Shown here one piece after another: positions 36,133 through 49,300 of a stretch of DNA of 64,000 nucleotides. Below the pieces are notes generated by a model that was given only the letters and a program-made list of their open reading frames with translations, had not been told where the DNA came from and did no database searches. Source of the stretch: Hormiphora californensis (taxonomy: Eukaryota > Animalia > Ctenophora); assembly GCA_020137815.1 (NCBI GenBank), contig CM035360.1, positions 6,944,001 through 7,008,000 of the forward strand, written 5' to 3'. Both the position numbers and the translations under genes were made by a program. How positions within the stretch are numbered: position 1 is the first letter of the stretch; the number at the start of each line of letters is the position of its first letter.

Positions 36133-38623
36133 AGATCAGATGCTCCCAACAAGTGGATGTTGATGTGAAGCTGTATTGCTTGTCATGCGTTCTGAGAGCT
36201 ATTGTTTGCATTGTATGAGGGCAGAGGGTGAAATCCTTAGAGAGAGAGAAGGGATAGTGGTGGAGAGTTTTAGCAGGACACCTCTTGTTAGAAGCATACG
36301 ATCTTGTAGATTATTGTAGATTATCATCTTGGTTTAGAATAAATACTTTGCAGATCACTAAATATCTCCTCACAATATTTGGATATCTGGATATATGCTT
36401 CATTGCGTATTATAAATCTGTCTTCAGCGACTTTGTAGATAGAGCTGATAAACTGTTCACGTGGTTCCCTAGTTACCATGGTAACCACCATTCTCTCTCT
36501 CCCTCACTTATTATTTTACTGGGTCCGTGTCTCGGCTTACACTTTTACTTGTTCAGTGTAGGGTTAACATGTTGGCAGTCTCTCCCTTGTGACGTTTCAC
36601 CAGAATATAATTCTTGTTTTGTCTGCTTTAGATTTGTATTTTGTGTCTTATCAGTTACACGGTCGCTTGTAGTGGGAAAACGGTAATGGAAAACGAATAT
36701 ACAGTAAGACGACGCGCAACCGTGACCAATCAGGGCGCTAGTACGTGCTGACACATGAACTTTTTGCCGCGCGTTATGCACCGTGCGCGTCTCCTTACTG
36801 TATTTTGCGTTACCGTATTTTGACTGCAAGCAGCACTGTTATCTATGTCTTTGGCTTATGTGTTCTGGTGTTATGTCACACTTAGTGAGATTTGGAATTC
36901 AAAAAGTCTTCCAAATGTTACTTTTCGTCAGTTTTATCCTTCAGATGATACGCCGCCAGGCATTTCAGATAATGAAGCACTGTTTCTCACCTAGTTTAGT
37001 TGAAGATGCTCCGTATCTCGCCGCGTATTATTATTCATAAGATCCCACCTACCCAACGAGAGAGATCCTGTGTCTGTAAATCACGTGAGGTTAGGGTATA
37101 GAGCTGGGGGTCATGAATAAGGTAATGGGGTTGTAATTGCGGTCAACTTGGGTAGGTTGGAATAGGCGACTGAGAATAAATTATATTCTTTTGTACTTTT
37201 AGTTATTCTGAAATACAATTATCAAATCCAGTGTCACGTACTTTAGTGTCCCTAATTCTTTCTCAGTGGATAAGGCTGGGAAGAAGCCGAGGGTAGTTTT
37301 TAATTCTGATGATACTGAGTATACTGACTACTGACCCTATGTTTGCAATACTTTCCTTTGGAAATACAGCGGACCCTGAGTTCCCTAACACCAGTTAGAG
37401 TCATTACATAGGTGGCTTTTGGTTTGAGAGAGATTCATTGGAACTCTTGAATACTTTCATATAGTCCTCTCTCCCACCACCTCCAAACGCACAATAAATA
37501 GCGTGAAAGAGTTTTTATGAGACTCCCACACATATTGAGACTAAATAAATCCCAGTTCGGTTTGTTGTGGTGCCCCGGATCGCTTGTTGTAATTCTCTGC
37601 TAAATCTAAATGATTTTAGCTCACTTGATCCACTGTCCTTTCGCGTGTCTGCCGCATCGAGCAAACTAAACATACAGCTGGGACATACTCTGGGTACCCA
37701 AGGGGTAGCATGTTCGAACTCCGTTTCCGGAAAGGATCAGATCATGATATTGATTATTATTATTATAAGATCACATAATACATCAATATCATCTGTGTGT
37801 TTATTCTATCGTCGCCCCGCTAGAGAGAGTGTTGTGTTTATTTTGCATTGTGACGCACAATAATGTCCATTAGCACCCTTCTACCACGTGTTATCTTAGT
37901 ACACCACTATTCCCCCGAACACTATAATTGTGTGGACTGTGTAGTGGGGCATACGAAGTATTGAGCTAGTCCTGATTGTGAGCTCGTTAGGAAGGGGGAT
38001 TCTTGTCTGTGGCTGTGTTTGGATGCAGTGTATGTGATAACCGCGTTTAGCTGGAATTCAGCTCCTAACGAGGATTCTACACAATGCCTCTTCTGTCTAA
38101 AACTCTATCCCTCCTTCTCTCTTTCATTCACTGTGACCCCTCCTCCTTTATTATTGACCTCCACCACCGCACGTGTGTTTCTTCACACGCTACGTCAATT
38201 GGGGGGGGGACAAGCTCCTTTTTAAAGTGCCCCCCTTGTTCTTTTATTGTTTACCAACCGCACAGTATATATCAGAAACTTCAGATGCCGCTTTTTCACA
38301 GACTTGCATGGCACTCTATTTCCATGGACTACATGCACATGATGTTGTAGGATTGCATCGGACCACTTGTTTGCAGTCTATCAATCATGCGGGCAGCAGC
38401 ATATATCCTTTATCTGTTCCATATTATTATCTCAGTCGTGTTCTTGTCCTGAATCACCATGACGAACTGCAGTCCGAGCTGGGCACAAAATGTAATCCCA
38501 ATCTCATGACCGTGTTCCGTTGACACCGCACACGTATCTGATTCTCTTAGTTGGACCGACGTTTTTGGTATACCGATCCACCGAAATACTGAAACACAAT
38601 AAAGGGAGAGATGGGGAGATAGA

Positions 38624-38684
<61 letters not shown>

Positions 38685-38876
38685 AAGAGAGAGAGAGAGA
38701 GAGAGAGAGATAAAGAACAAGAAGAAAGAGATAGTGAGAGTGCATTTCGAATCTTTGTCGGAACTGCTGTCTTCTTGTTTCATGTAAGCCCAGTAATCAG
38801 AGTAGTTGCTTGTACGAGATCTATAGGAAGTAGGTTTACAGTTTTTAGGCACTGGATTGTTGTCTTATTGTTTGTA

Positions 38877-39630
38877 GGGTAAGCTGGGGTGAAATGGCCC
38901 GCGGGGTAAAGTGGCCCATGTATGGGGCAAAGTGGCCCTAGTTATTACATGTGGTCACGTGACTTTTTCTCCAGCGGAGACCTGCTCGTTCTGTTCCGAA
39001 TTTTCGCTTTAAAACTGCTGTCATTTCTGTTCGGGTTGGCCGATTTTAATTTTGCAAAAACTGCCAGTCAGGCTTTATAATTCTCTAAAACGTGGTATAA
39101 AAATTTTTGAAGAAATTGGCATTTTTGTTGTCTTAATTGTCAATTTTGTGAAATCGGGGCAAATATGGCCCACTCTCCGGGGCAAAGTGGTCCGGTCTGG
39201 GGCAAAGTGGCCCACCTCTAGGACCAATGAAATGGCGCCTGCAATACCACGTGATATTGGAATGCACAAAAATGTAGTACAGACGATCAAATTAGGGGCA
39301 AAGTGGCCCATGTTCCGGTGCAGAACATGGGCCACTTTGCCCCTAGTTTGATCGTTTCGTCTAACAACACCAGGCACGTGATAAAATCGAGCAATGCTAT
39401 TGGCTTGGGCCACTTTGCCCCGGTGCAAATTTTCCAAAAAACGCCTCACCAAATTATTTGAATTGATTAATTAACCCATTAAATAAAACTTGTAGATAAT
39501 AAAATTTAGCTCGGCTGAAAGGAAAAGGTTTCATTGGATAGCCTATATAATTTTTTTCTTCCTGCTGTATAAATTTCGTATTTTAGAACCTAAAACGTTA
39601 AAAGTGGGCCACTTTTACCCCAGCTTACCC
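38877..39630. mobile_element. Tc1/mariner-pogo-type MITE with TA TSD and subterminal GGGGCAAAGTGGCCC repeats
   Basis: TA|GGGTAAGCTGGGGT...ACCCCAGCTTACCC|TA, with many direct and inverted copies of GGGCAAAGTGGCCC inside. Confidence 0.85.
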
Positions 39631-40335
39631 TATTGTTGTATCATGTGTGTTATATGTCTGTGCAATTATAGGGACAGAGTTTCGTCGTAAAACCTATCTT
39701 CAGGGGGATGTGGATGTTAGATAAATTGTTTATGTAAAACATGTTGACTGCCTTGTGATGTTGAAGCGTAGGGCACGTAGTTCACACCAGTGTTACTGCA
39801 GTGGGGCAGTATTCATGGTGCCAACATGAACAGTGTTTGTTAGGTGAAGCAGACTGTTGGGGGGAGATTTGGCAAGGATATTATATGGAGCGCTACTCTT
39901 GGCTAGTAATGTTGTATGCAGCTAGGAAGATTGAAAAGGAGAGAGAGAGTTGCTGCGTTCAGTGCACACGTAATGATATAGCCTAATGTGTCTTCCAATG
40001 CATGCAGCGTCAGTTAGAGAGATAGAGTCAGAGTGTCACAACTGTCTTAGTGTCTTGTACAATATTCCGTTAATAAAGAAAATATATCTAGACACAATGT
40101 CCCATGGCCCCTATCGTACTAGTGTCTAGTTCTTTTCTTTATTTTCCTGCTTACATTTTCTTGTTCTTTTATATAGCGCACGTACAAGTATGAATTGGAA
40201 CTCTTGTTCTCTCTACTACTCAACTATATAGTTTTACTTTTGCTATGAATATATTTACTTGAAGCTGCTAATGATAAACCCCCGATTATTGTTTCAGAAG
40301 CGTTGATCGCTTAGTAAATGAGAAAGTTAGGCCTA

Positions 40336-43300
40336 ATGGGCCCCGCCTCATGGGTGTTCATCATCCTTCTGGGGACAGCCCTCTCAGGTAATTTAGTTAC
40401 CATGGTAACAGCACTCTCAGGTAATTTAATTACCATGGTAACGCGGTGTAATTCTTCCGGACCCTGGTAGTGGGTGATAACAGTTTTACATGTAGCTCAA
40501 ATTACATGAGTCAGGGTGTGGATGGGTGGTTAGACACAATCTAACACCTAAACACCCTTCACAGCCCAGGAGTGTGAGTGGGAGAAGAAAGAGAAAACAT
40601 ACCTTCCAAGTTGGACCAGTAACGCTGGTAGCACCCGGTATACCACATTGGCAGAGGCCCAAGCTAAATGTGTCTCCCTGGGTACTAACTGTGGGGGTAT
40701 CACTCTGATGTCAGATGGATATACTCTCCGTGCTGGATCAGGTTTTGTGAACTATGATCCTGAGACTTCCTGGAAGAAACTTGGATGTCCAGGTATAATG
40801 CAGAAGGCCAAGGCTTGATAATTGTGTTGTTCCTTCAACAATCTCTCTTAATTTAACCCCCTCTAAACTTGTTGAGTGTGATTTTAGTTGTAAAGTTCCT
40901 TCAACAACCCCCTCTATCTCTAAACCGGCTCTGTCATATTCCTCTCGAAATATCCAAACACTCTCCCGCTAAACACTCTCTACCCTCTCTACCCCCGCTC
41001 TCTACCCGCTAAAGTGCTAAACACTCTCTAAACCCACTCTCTCTATCTCTCTCCCTGCCCGCTAAACACTCTCTACCCTCTATCCCCGCTCTCTACCCTT
41101 TCTCTACCCGCTAAACACTCTCTAAACCCTCTCTCTCTCCTTCTCTCAGATAAAGTGTTCAAGGTGGACAGCATCAGTCCAGGACAGGGAAGTCGACAGG
41201 GTGGGACTAGAATCACCATCAGCGGACAAGGTTAGTAGGAGAGTTAGTGGGTTTAGGTTATTACAAGGTTAGTAAGAGAGTTAGTGGGTTTAGTGGGTTT
41301 AGTGGGTTTAGGTTCTTACAAATGAGGGATATAAATTAACCTGACATGGAAAACCTTAGTAGAGAGAAGATACCTCTATAACCTCTACCTTGTATTCCTA
41401 GTTTGCTAATCAGGGTGTGAACTGCATGTCGTGTTTGCTAGTCGCGAGCGCGCTTGCGAGACAAGCAAACACGTCAAGGTTCATTAACAAGCATGCTGCT
41501 CAGTCATTTTAGATTTAATACACAATGTAAGGATACCATGTAATAGGTGAGACTCTTGCCGTCACCCTCGTTCAAGTCCCGTGAAAAACGGAGCAGTACA
41601 CGCAAACTGATGCCCATTTTCCTCGCGTGACCCCGATTCAGCAGTTTGAGACACCAACTCTTTAGGGGGCCATATCTCAGGAACCAGACAAGATAGGAAA
41701 AATCGCCGTCTAACGAGGCGTACAGTTTTTAATCTAGTTTACCACTGTACCGGCCGTTTCACTCTCCGACCTAAAACAAAAATCGCAACCCCACAAAACT
41801 TCAAAATAATGAAATTCGCATCTCGCATGTCGTGTTGCATGTCGTGTTGCATGTCGTGTCATGTTATTGACGCGCTCGCGTTCAACTCTCACACAGCAGC
41901 TGCAGAACATGGCGGGAAACATCGAGGAGTAGAGAAAGGGTCGGTGGACGGTGCCGAATCAAACATTTCTTGATCTTGATCTACTCGATCTCTCAGCTAT
42001 CCTACCCCTCATCAACTCGATCTCTCAGCTACCCTACCCCTCATCTACTCCATCTTTCAGCTACCCTACCCCTCATCTACTCCATCTTTCAGCTACCCTA
42101 CCCCTCATCTACTCCATCTCTCAGCTTCCCTATTAGGGAAGCATAGAGATGGAAACGATTAGGGGTAGGGAATCCCTATCCATAATCGTTTCCATCTCTA
42201 TGCTTCCCTAGCCCTCATCAACTCCATCTTTCAGCTACCCTACCCCTAATCTAGTCCATCTCTCCGCTACCCTACTCCTCATCTACTCCATCTCTCAGCT
42301 ACCCTACCTCCCATTTACTCCATCTCTCAGCTACCCTACCTCCCATTTACTCCATCTCTCAGCTTCCCTACCTCCCATTTACTCCATCTCTCAGCTTACC
42401 TACCTCCCATTTACTCCATATCTCAGCTTCCCTACCTGCCATTTACTCCATCTTTCAGATACCCTACCTCCCATTTACTCCATCTCTCAGCTTACCTACC
42501 TCCCATTTACTCCATCTCTCAGCTACCCTACCTCCCATTTACTCCATCTCTCAGCTTCCCTACCTCCCATTTACTCCATCTCTCAGCTTCCCTACCTCCC
42601 ATTTACTCCATCTCTCAGCTACCCAACCTCCCATTCACTCCATCTATCAGCTACCCTACCTCCCATTTACTCCATCTCTCAGCTTCCCTACCTCTCATTT
42701 ACTCCATCTCTCAGCTTCCCTACCTCCCATTTACTCCATCTCTCAGCTTACCTACCTCCCATTTACTCCATATCTCAGCTTCCCTACCTGCCATTTACTC
42801 CATCTTTCAGCTTCCCTACCTCCCATTTACTCCATCTTTCAGGTACCCTACCTCCCATTTACTCCATCTCTCAGCTTACCTACCTCCCATTTACTCCATC
42901 TCTCAGCTTCCCTACCTCCCATTTACTCCATCTCTCAGCTTCCCTACCTCCCATTTACTCCATCTCTCAGCTACCCAATCTCCCATTCACTCCATCTATC
43001 AGCTACCCTACCTCCCATTTACTCCATCTCTCAGCTTCCCTACCTCCCATTTACTCCATCCCTCAGCTTCCCTACATCCCATTTACTCCATCCCTGCCTC
43101 CCATTTACTCCATCTCTCAGCTACCCTACCTCCCATTCACTCCATCTCTCAGCTACCCTACTACCCATTTACTCCATCTCTCAGCTTCCCTACCTCCCGT
43201 TTACTCCATCTCTCAGCTACCCTACCTCCCATTTACTCCATCTCTCAGCTTCCCTACCTCCCATTTACTCCATCTTTCAGCTTCCCTACCTCCCATTTAC

Positions 43301-46300
43301 TCCATCGCTTACCTTCCCTACCTCCCATTTACTCCATCTCTCAGCTTCCCTACCTCCCATTTACTCCATCTCTCAGCTTCCCTACCTCCCATTTACTCCA
43401 TCTCTCATTTATCCTAACATTCCTACCCCTGAGAGATGGAGTAAATGGGAGGTAGGGAAGCTGAGAAATGGAGTAAATGGGAGGTAGGGAAGCTGAGAGA
43501 TGGAGTAAATGGGAGGTAGGAAAGCTGAGAGATGGAGTAAATGGGTGGTAGGGTAGCTGAGAGATAGAGTAAATGGGAGGTAGGGAAGCTGAGGGATGGA
43601 GTAAATGGGAGGTAGGGAAGCTGAGAGATGGAGTAAATGGGAGGTAGGTAAGCTGAGAGATGGAGTAAATGGGAGGTAGGGTATCTGAGAGATGGAGTAA
43701 ATGGCAGGTAGGGAAGCTGAGATATGGAGTAAATGGCAGGTAGGAAAGCTGAGAGATGGAGTAAATGGGTGGTAGGGTAGCTGAGAGATGGAGTAAATGG
43801 GAGGTAGGGAAGCTGAGGGATGGAGTAAATGGGAGGTAGGGAAGATGAGAGATGGAGTAAATGGGAGGTAGGTAAGCTGAGAGATGGAGTAAATGGGAGG
43901 TAGGGTAGCTGAGAGATGGAGTAAATGGGAGGTAGGGTAGCTGAGAGATGGAGTAAATGGGAGGTAGGGAAGCTGAGAGATGGAGTAAATGGGAGGTAGG
44001 GTAGCTGAGAGATGGAGTAAATGGGAGGAAGGGAAGCTGAGAGATGGAGTAAATGGAAGGTAAGGTAGCTGAGAGATGGAGTAAATGGGAGGTAGGGAAG
44101 CTGAGAGATGGAGTAAATGGGAGGTAGGGTAGCTGAGAGATGGAGTAAATGGGAGGTAGGGAAGCTGAGAGATGGAGTAAATGGGAGGTAGGTAAGCTGA
44201 GCTCCATCTCTCAGCTTCCCTACCTCCCATTTACTCCATCTCTCAGCTTCCCTACCTCCCATTTACTCCATCTCTCAGCTTACCTACCTCCCATTTACTC
44301 CATATCTCAGCTTCCCTACCTGCCATTTACTCCATCTTTCAGCTTCCCTACCTCCCATTTACTCCATCTTTCAGGTACCCTACCTCCCATTTACTCCATC
44401 TCTCAGCTTACCTACCTCCCATTTACTCCATCTCTCAGCTTCCCTACCTCCCATTTACTCCATCTCTCAGCTTCCCTACCTCCCATTTACTCCATCTCCC
44501 AGCTACCCAATCTCCCATTCACTCCATCTATCAGCTACCCTACCTCCCATTTACTCCATCTCTCAGCTTCCCTACCTCCCATTTACTCCATCCCTCAGCT
44601 TCCCTACATCCCATTTACTCCATCCCTGCCTCCCATTTACTCCATCTCTCAGCTAACCTACCTCCCATTCACTCCATCTCTCAGCTACCCTACTACCCAT
44701 TTACTCCATCTCTCAGCTTCCCTACCTCCCGTTTACTCCATCTCTCAGCTTCCCTACCTCCCATTTACTCCATCCCTCAGCTTCCCTACCTCCCATTTAC
44801 TCCATCTCTCAACCTCCCTACCTCCCATTTACTCCATCTCTCAGCTACCCTACCTCCCATTTACTCCATCTCTCAGCTTCCCTACCTCCCATTTACTCCA
44901 TCTTTCAGCTTCCCTACCTCCCATTTACTCCATCGCTTACCTTCCCTACCTCCCATTTACTCCATCTCTCAGCTTCCCTACCTCCCATTTACTCCATCTC
45001 TCAGCTTCCCTACCTCCCATTTACTCCATCTCTCATTTATCCTAACATTCCTACCCCTGAGAGATGGAGTAAATGGGAGGTAGGGAAGCTGAGAAATGGA
45101 GTAAATGGGAGGTAGGGAAGCTGAGAGATGGAGTAAATGGGAGGTAGGAAAGCTGAGAGATGGAGTAAATGGGTGGTAGGGTAGCTGAGAGATAGAGTAA
45201 ATGGGAGGTAGGGAAGCTGAGGGATGGAGTAAATGGGAGGTAGGGAAGCTGAGAGATGGAGTAAATGGGAGGTAGGTAAGCTGAGAGATGGAGTAAATGG
45301 GAGGTAGGGTATCTGAGAGATGGAGTAAATGGCAGGTAGGGAAGCTGAGATATGGAGTAAATGGCAGGTAGGAAAGCTGAGAGATGGAGTAAATGGGTGG
45401 TAGGAAAGCTGAGAGATGGAGTAAATGGGTGGTAGGGTAGCTGAGAGATAGAGTAAATGGGAGGTAGGGAAGCTGAGGGATGGAGTAAATGGGAGGTAGG
45501 GAAGCTGAGAGATGGAGTAAATGGGAGGTAGGTAAGCTGAGAGATGGAGTAAATGGGAGGTAGGGTATCTGAGAGATGGAGTAAATGGCAGGTAGGGAAG
45601 CTGTGATATGGAGTAAATGGCAGGTAGGAAAGCTGAGAGATGGAGTAAATGGGTGGTAGGGTAGCTGAGAGATGGAGTAAATGGGAGGTAGGGAAGCTGA
45701 GGGATGGAGTAAATGGGAGGTAGGGAAGCTGAGAGATGGAGTAAATGGGAGGTAGGTAAGCTGAGAGATGGAGTAAAAGGGAGGTAGGGTAGCTGAGAGA
45801 TGGAGTAAATGGGAGGTAGGGTAGCTGAGAGATGGAGTAAATGGGAGGTAGGGAAGCTGAGAGATGGAGTAAATGGGAGGTAGGGTAGCTGAGAGATGGA
45901 GTAAATGGGAGGAAGGGAAGCTGAGAGATGGAGTAAATGGAAGGTAAGGTAGCTGAGAGATGGAGTAAATGGGAGGTAGGGAAGCTGAGAGATGGAGTAA
46001 ATGGGAGGTAGGGTAGCTGAGAGATGGAGTAAATGGGAGGTAAGGAAGCTGAGAGATGGAGTAAATGGGAGGTAGGTAAGCTGAGAGATGGAGTACTAAA
46101 TGAGAGGTAGGGAAGCTGAGAAATGGAGTAAATGGGAGGTAGGGAAGCTGAGAGATGGATCAAATGGGAGGTAGGGTAGCTGAGGGATGGAGTAAATGGG
46201 AGGTAGGGAAGCTGAGAGATGGAGTAAATGGGAGGTAGGGTAGCTGAGAGATGGAGTAAATGGGAGGTAGGGAAGCTGAATGGGAGGTAGGGTAGCTGAG

Positions 46301-49300
46301 AGATGGAGTAAGTAAATGAGAGGTAGGGAAGCTGAGAAATGGAGTAAATGGGAGGTAGGGAAGCTGAGAGATGGATCAAATGGGAGGTAGGGTAGCTGAG
46401 GGATGGAGTAAATGGGAGGTAGGGAAGCTGAGAGATGGAGTAAATGGAAGGTAGGTAAGCTGAGAGATGGAGTAAATGGGAGGTAGGGTATCTGAGAGAT
46501 GGAGTAAATGGCAGGTAGGGAAGCTGAGATATGGAGTAAATGGGAGGTAGGTAAGCTGAGAGATGGAGTAAATGGGAGGTAGGGAAGCTGAGAGATAGAG
46601 TAAATGGGAGGTAGGGTAGCTGAGAGATGGAGTAAATGGGAGGTAGGGTAGCTGAGAGATGGAGTAGATGAGGAGTAGGGTAGCGGAGAGATGGACTAGA
46701 TTAGGGGTAGGGTAGCTGAAAGATGGAGTAGATGAGGGGTAGGGTAGCTGAGAGATCGAGTTGATGAGGGGTAGGATAGCTGAGAGATGGAGTAGATAAA
46801 GATCAAGAAATATTTGATTCGGCACCGACCCTCTCTCTACTCCTCGATGTTTCCCGCCATGTTCTGCAGCTGCTGTGTGAGAGTTGAACGCGAGCGCGTC
46901 AATAACATGACACGACATGCAACACGACATGCGAGATGCGAATTTCATTATTTTGAAGTTTTGTGGAGTTGCGATTTTTGTTTTAGGTCGGAGAGTGAAA
47001 CGGCCGGTACAGTGGTAAACTAGATTAAAAACTGTACGCCTCGTTAGACGGCGATTTTTCCTATCTTGTCTGGTTCCTGAGATATGGCCCCCTAAAGAGT
47101 TGGTGTCTCAAACTGCTGAATCGGGGTCACGCGAGGAAAATGGGCATCAGTTTGCGTGTACTGCTCCGTTTTTCACGGGACTTGAACGAGGGTGACGGCA
47201 AGAGTCTCACCTATTACATGGTATCCTTACATTGTGTATTAAATCTAAAATGACTGAGCAGCATGCTTGTTAATGAACCTTGACGTGTTTGCTTGTCTCG
47301 CAAGCGCGCTCGCGACTAGCAAACACGACATGCAGTTCACACCCTGCTAATACTCACATTAACTCCACTCCCATAATGCAAATTAAAATGTAAATTATAA
47401 CCACTAACACTACACACTCCACCATATTTCAACATAAAACATTTACTAATATAAACTCCCAGTTACCAACTTTTATCTCCAAATGAGGATTTAATTTCTC
47501 GTCATCCATATAATGGATGAATTGAGTTCACAGTGTCCTATATATCTCAAGTCCTTGCTGGGTCTATGAAACCCATATATGTTTATCTGTCAAAGAGCGC
47601 CTAAACAGTAAACGTCAGAGCTCCCTCTATTTCGAACGTTTCCAATATATCAGTCAGATCAGACCTATCCAGCTACCTCTCTCACATGACTGGTACTCAG
47701 CCAATCAGGGACCAGTATTTCATGATTCGGTCGGTTCGTGCCAGCTACCTCGCTCAATCTAAAGATCATTGTTGTAGACCTGTGTGACGTCATTCAGCTG
47801 CTCCTGCATCCTCTCATACACATCACACTCCTCCTGGGGCAGGCATGTCTGGAGACAGGGGGTAGTACCTTCCATGGTACAGTTACACCAGTAGGTTCCC
47901 ACCAGGTTGAAACATTGCCCTGGAAGTTAGGAACACATGGTTAGTTGGTTGTGTGACGTCATGAAAATATAATTATTTTCCCACGAATTATTGTGAAGAT
48001 AGGAGGATCAGTTGATATGTTCTAACCCTCCTTTACATTTGTAAAGAAGGGGCGGGCTTGGGCGGGGCACGCGAAACAGAGTCTAGCTAGACAAAGGATC
48101 AGTATATCCTCCGCTCTGCCATTATTGTGAATTATTGTGAAAATAGGAGGATCAGTATATCCTCCTCTCTGGAATTACCTCCTCGGCAGATACCGAAATC
48201 CTCCACACACTCATCAATATCAAGACAGGTGTTTCCATCGTACTGGAACCCATCGTCACAGATGCAGTCGTAGGTTCCGACATAGTTCACACAGAAACCT
48301 GGTGGAGGTGGTTATAAAAGAAAGGCCGGTTAGGGACATTGGTTAGTGTTGTATGTACTCCACATTTGTCAGGCGGCCGGTATATGACACATCAGGGCTC
48401 ATCAGGGGGTATAACACTACCCCCTGGTAGTGAGATTACCAAAAATCAAGGAGCTGAACCAGTGAACCACCGTCCACCGGGGTAACTGGCTCTCTAAAAC
48501 GTACCTTCTTGACAGGGTTTGTACAGCTGACACTCATTAATATCCACACAACTCAGTCCGTCATACCAGAACCCAGTTCCACAGTCACACCCCGCACCGT
48601 CCACAGTTTCAATTGAACCCTCGGGACAGGACCAGGAGTAGGCCACGGGCAACCTGTAGAGTTATATCGGGAGTTATAGTTGGGGGAGAACTAGCTAGGG
48701 AGAGCTAAGTTATTAGAAGTTGGGGGAGAAGCTAGTTGGAGAGTTGTTGGAGGTTAGCTGGGAATTAGGGAGCTATATAGTATCAATCTTGTGGCTGTGA
48801 CCTAACTAGGAAAACTTACAAAGCGATGACTAGCAGAGTCTTGAACATTGTTGAAATCTGATTAGTTGAGCTAAATAATAGGGTAAAAGAAGTTACAATC
48901 AGTCAGTAAAGTTTATCAAACAAATGCAATAGGATTTAGTGAGATTTACAAACATCGTTATTGCTCAGGAGCTTCTCGGTGGTCTAGCAATTACTGAGTC
49001 CTGCGAAGAAGTGATGCGAAAAACCTGAGAGTCCAGTTCATTAAATATTGAGCCATGCCCCCGCATAACGCCTACATGCATATTGAGGAGTATCATGAGT
49101 AATGAGACTCATTGCACGCTTTATAATCTGATATTATTAATACAAATGCTGGTTGATAAATTGAGATATTTGGATATATCCAATAAGCATATTATAGTCC
49201 TCTAATGTGTGTCCCCAATTGTTGAAAGATATGCCGATATAGGAATGTTAGGTTTTACAGTCCTCGCAGTATCGGTGAGGGGTATAAATCAACCAGTTCA

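Noticed and set aside
43350-46948. Long ORFs (190-442 aa) with LPPIYSISQLPYLPFTPSLSFPTSHLLHLSAS repeats
   Set aside because: Artefact of a stop-free 32-bp minisatellite (3 units = 32 codons), open in all C-rich-strand frames.
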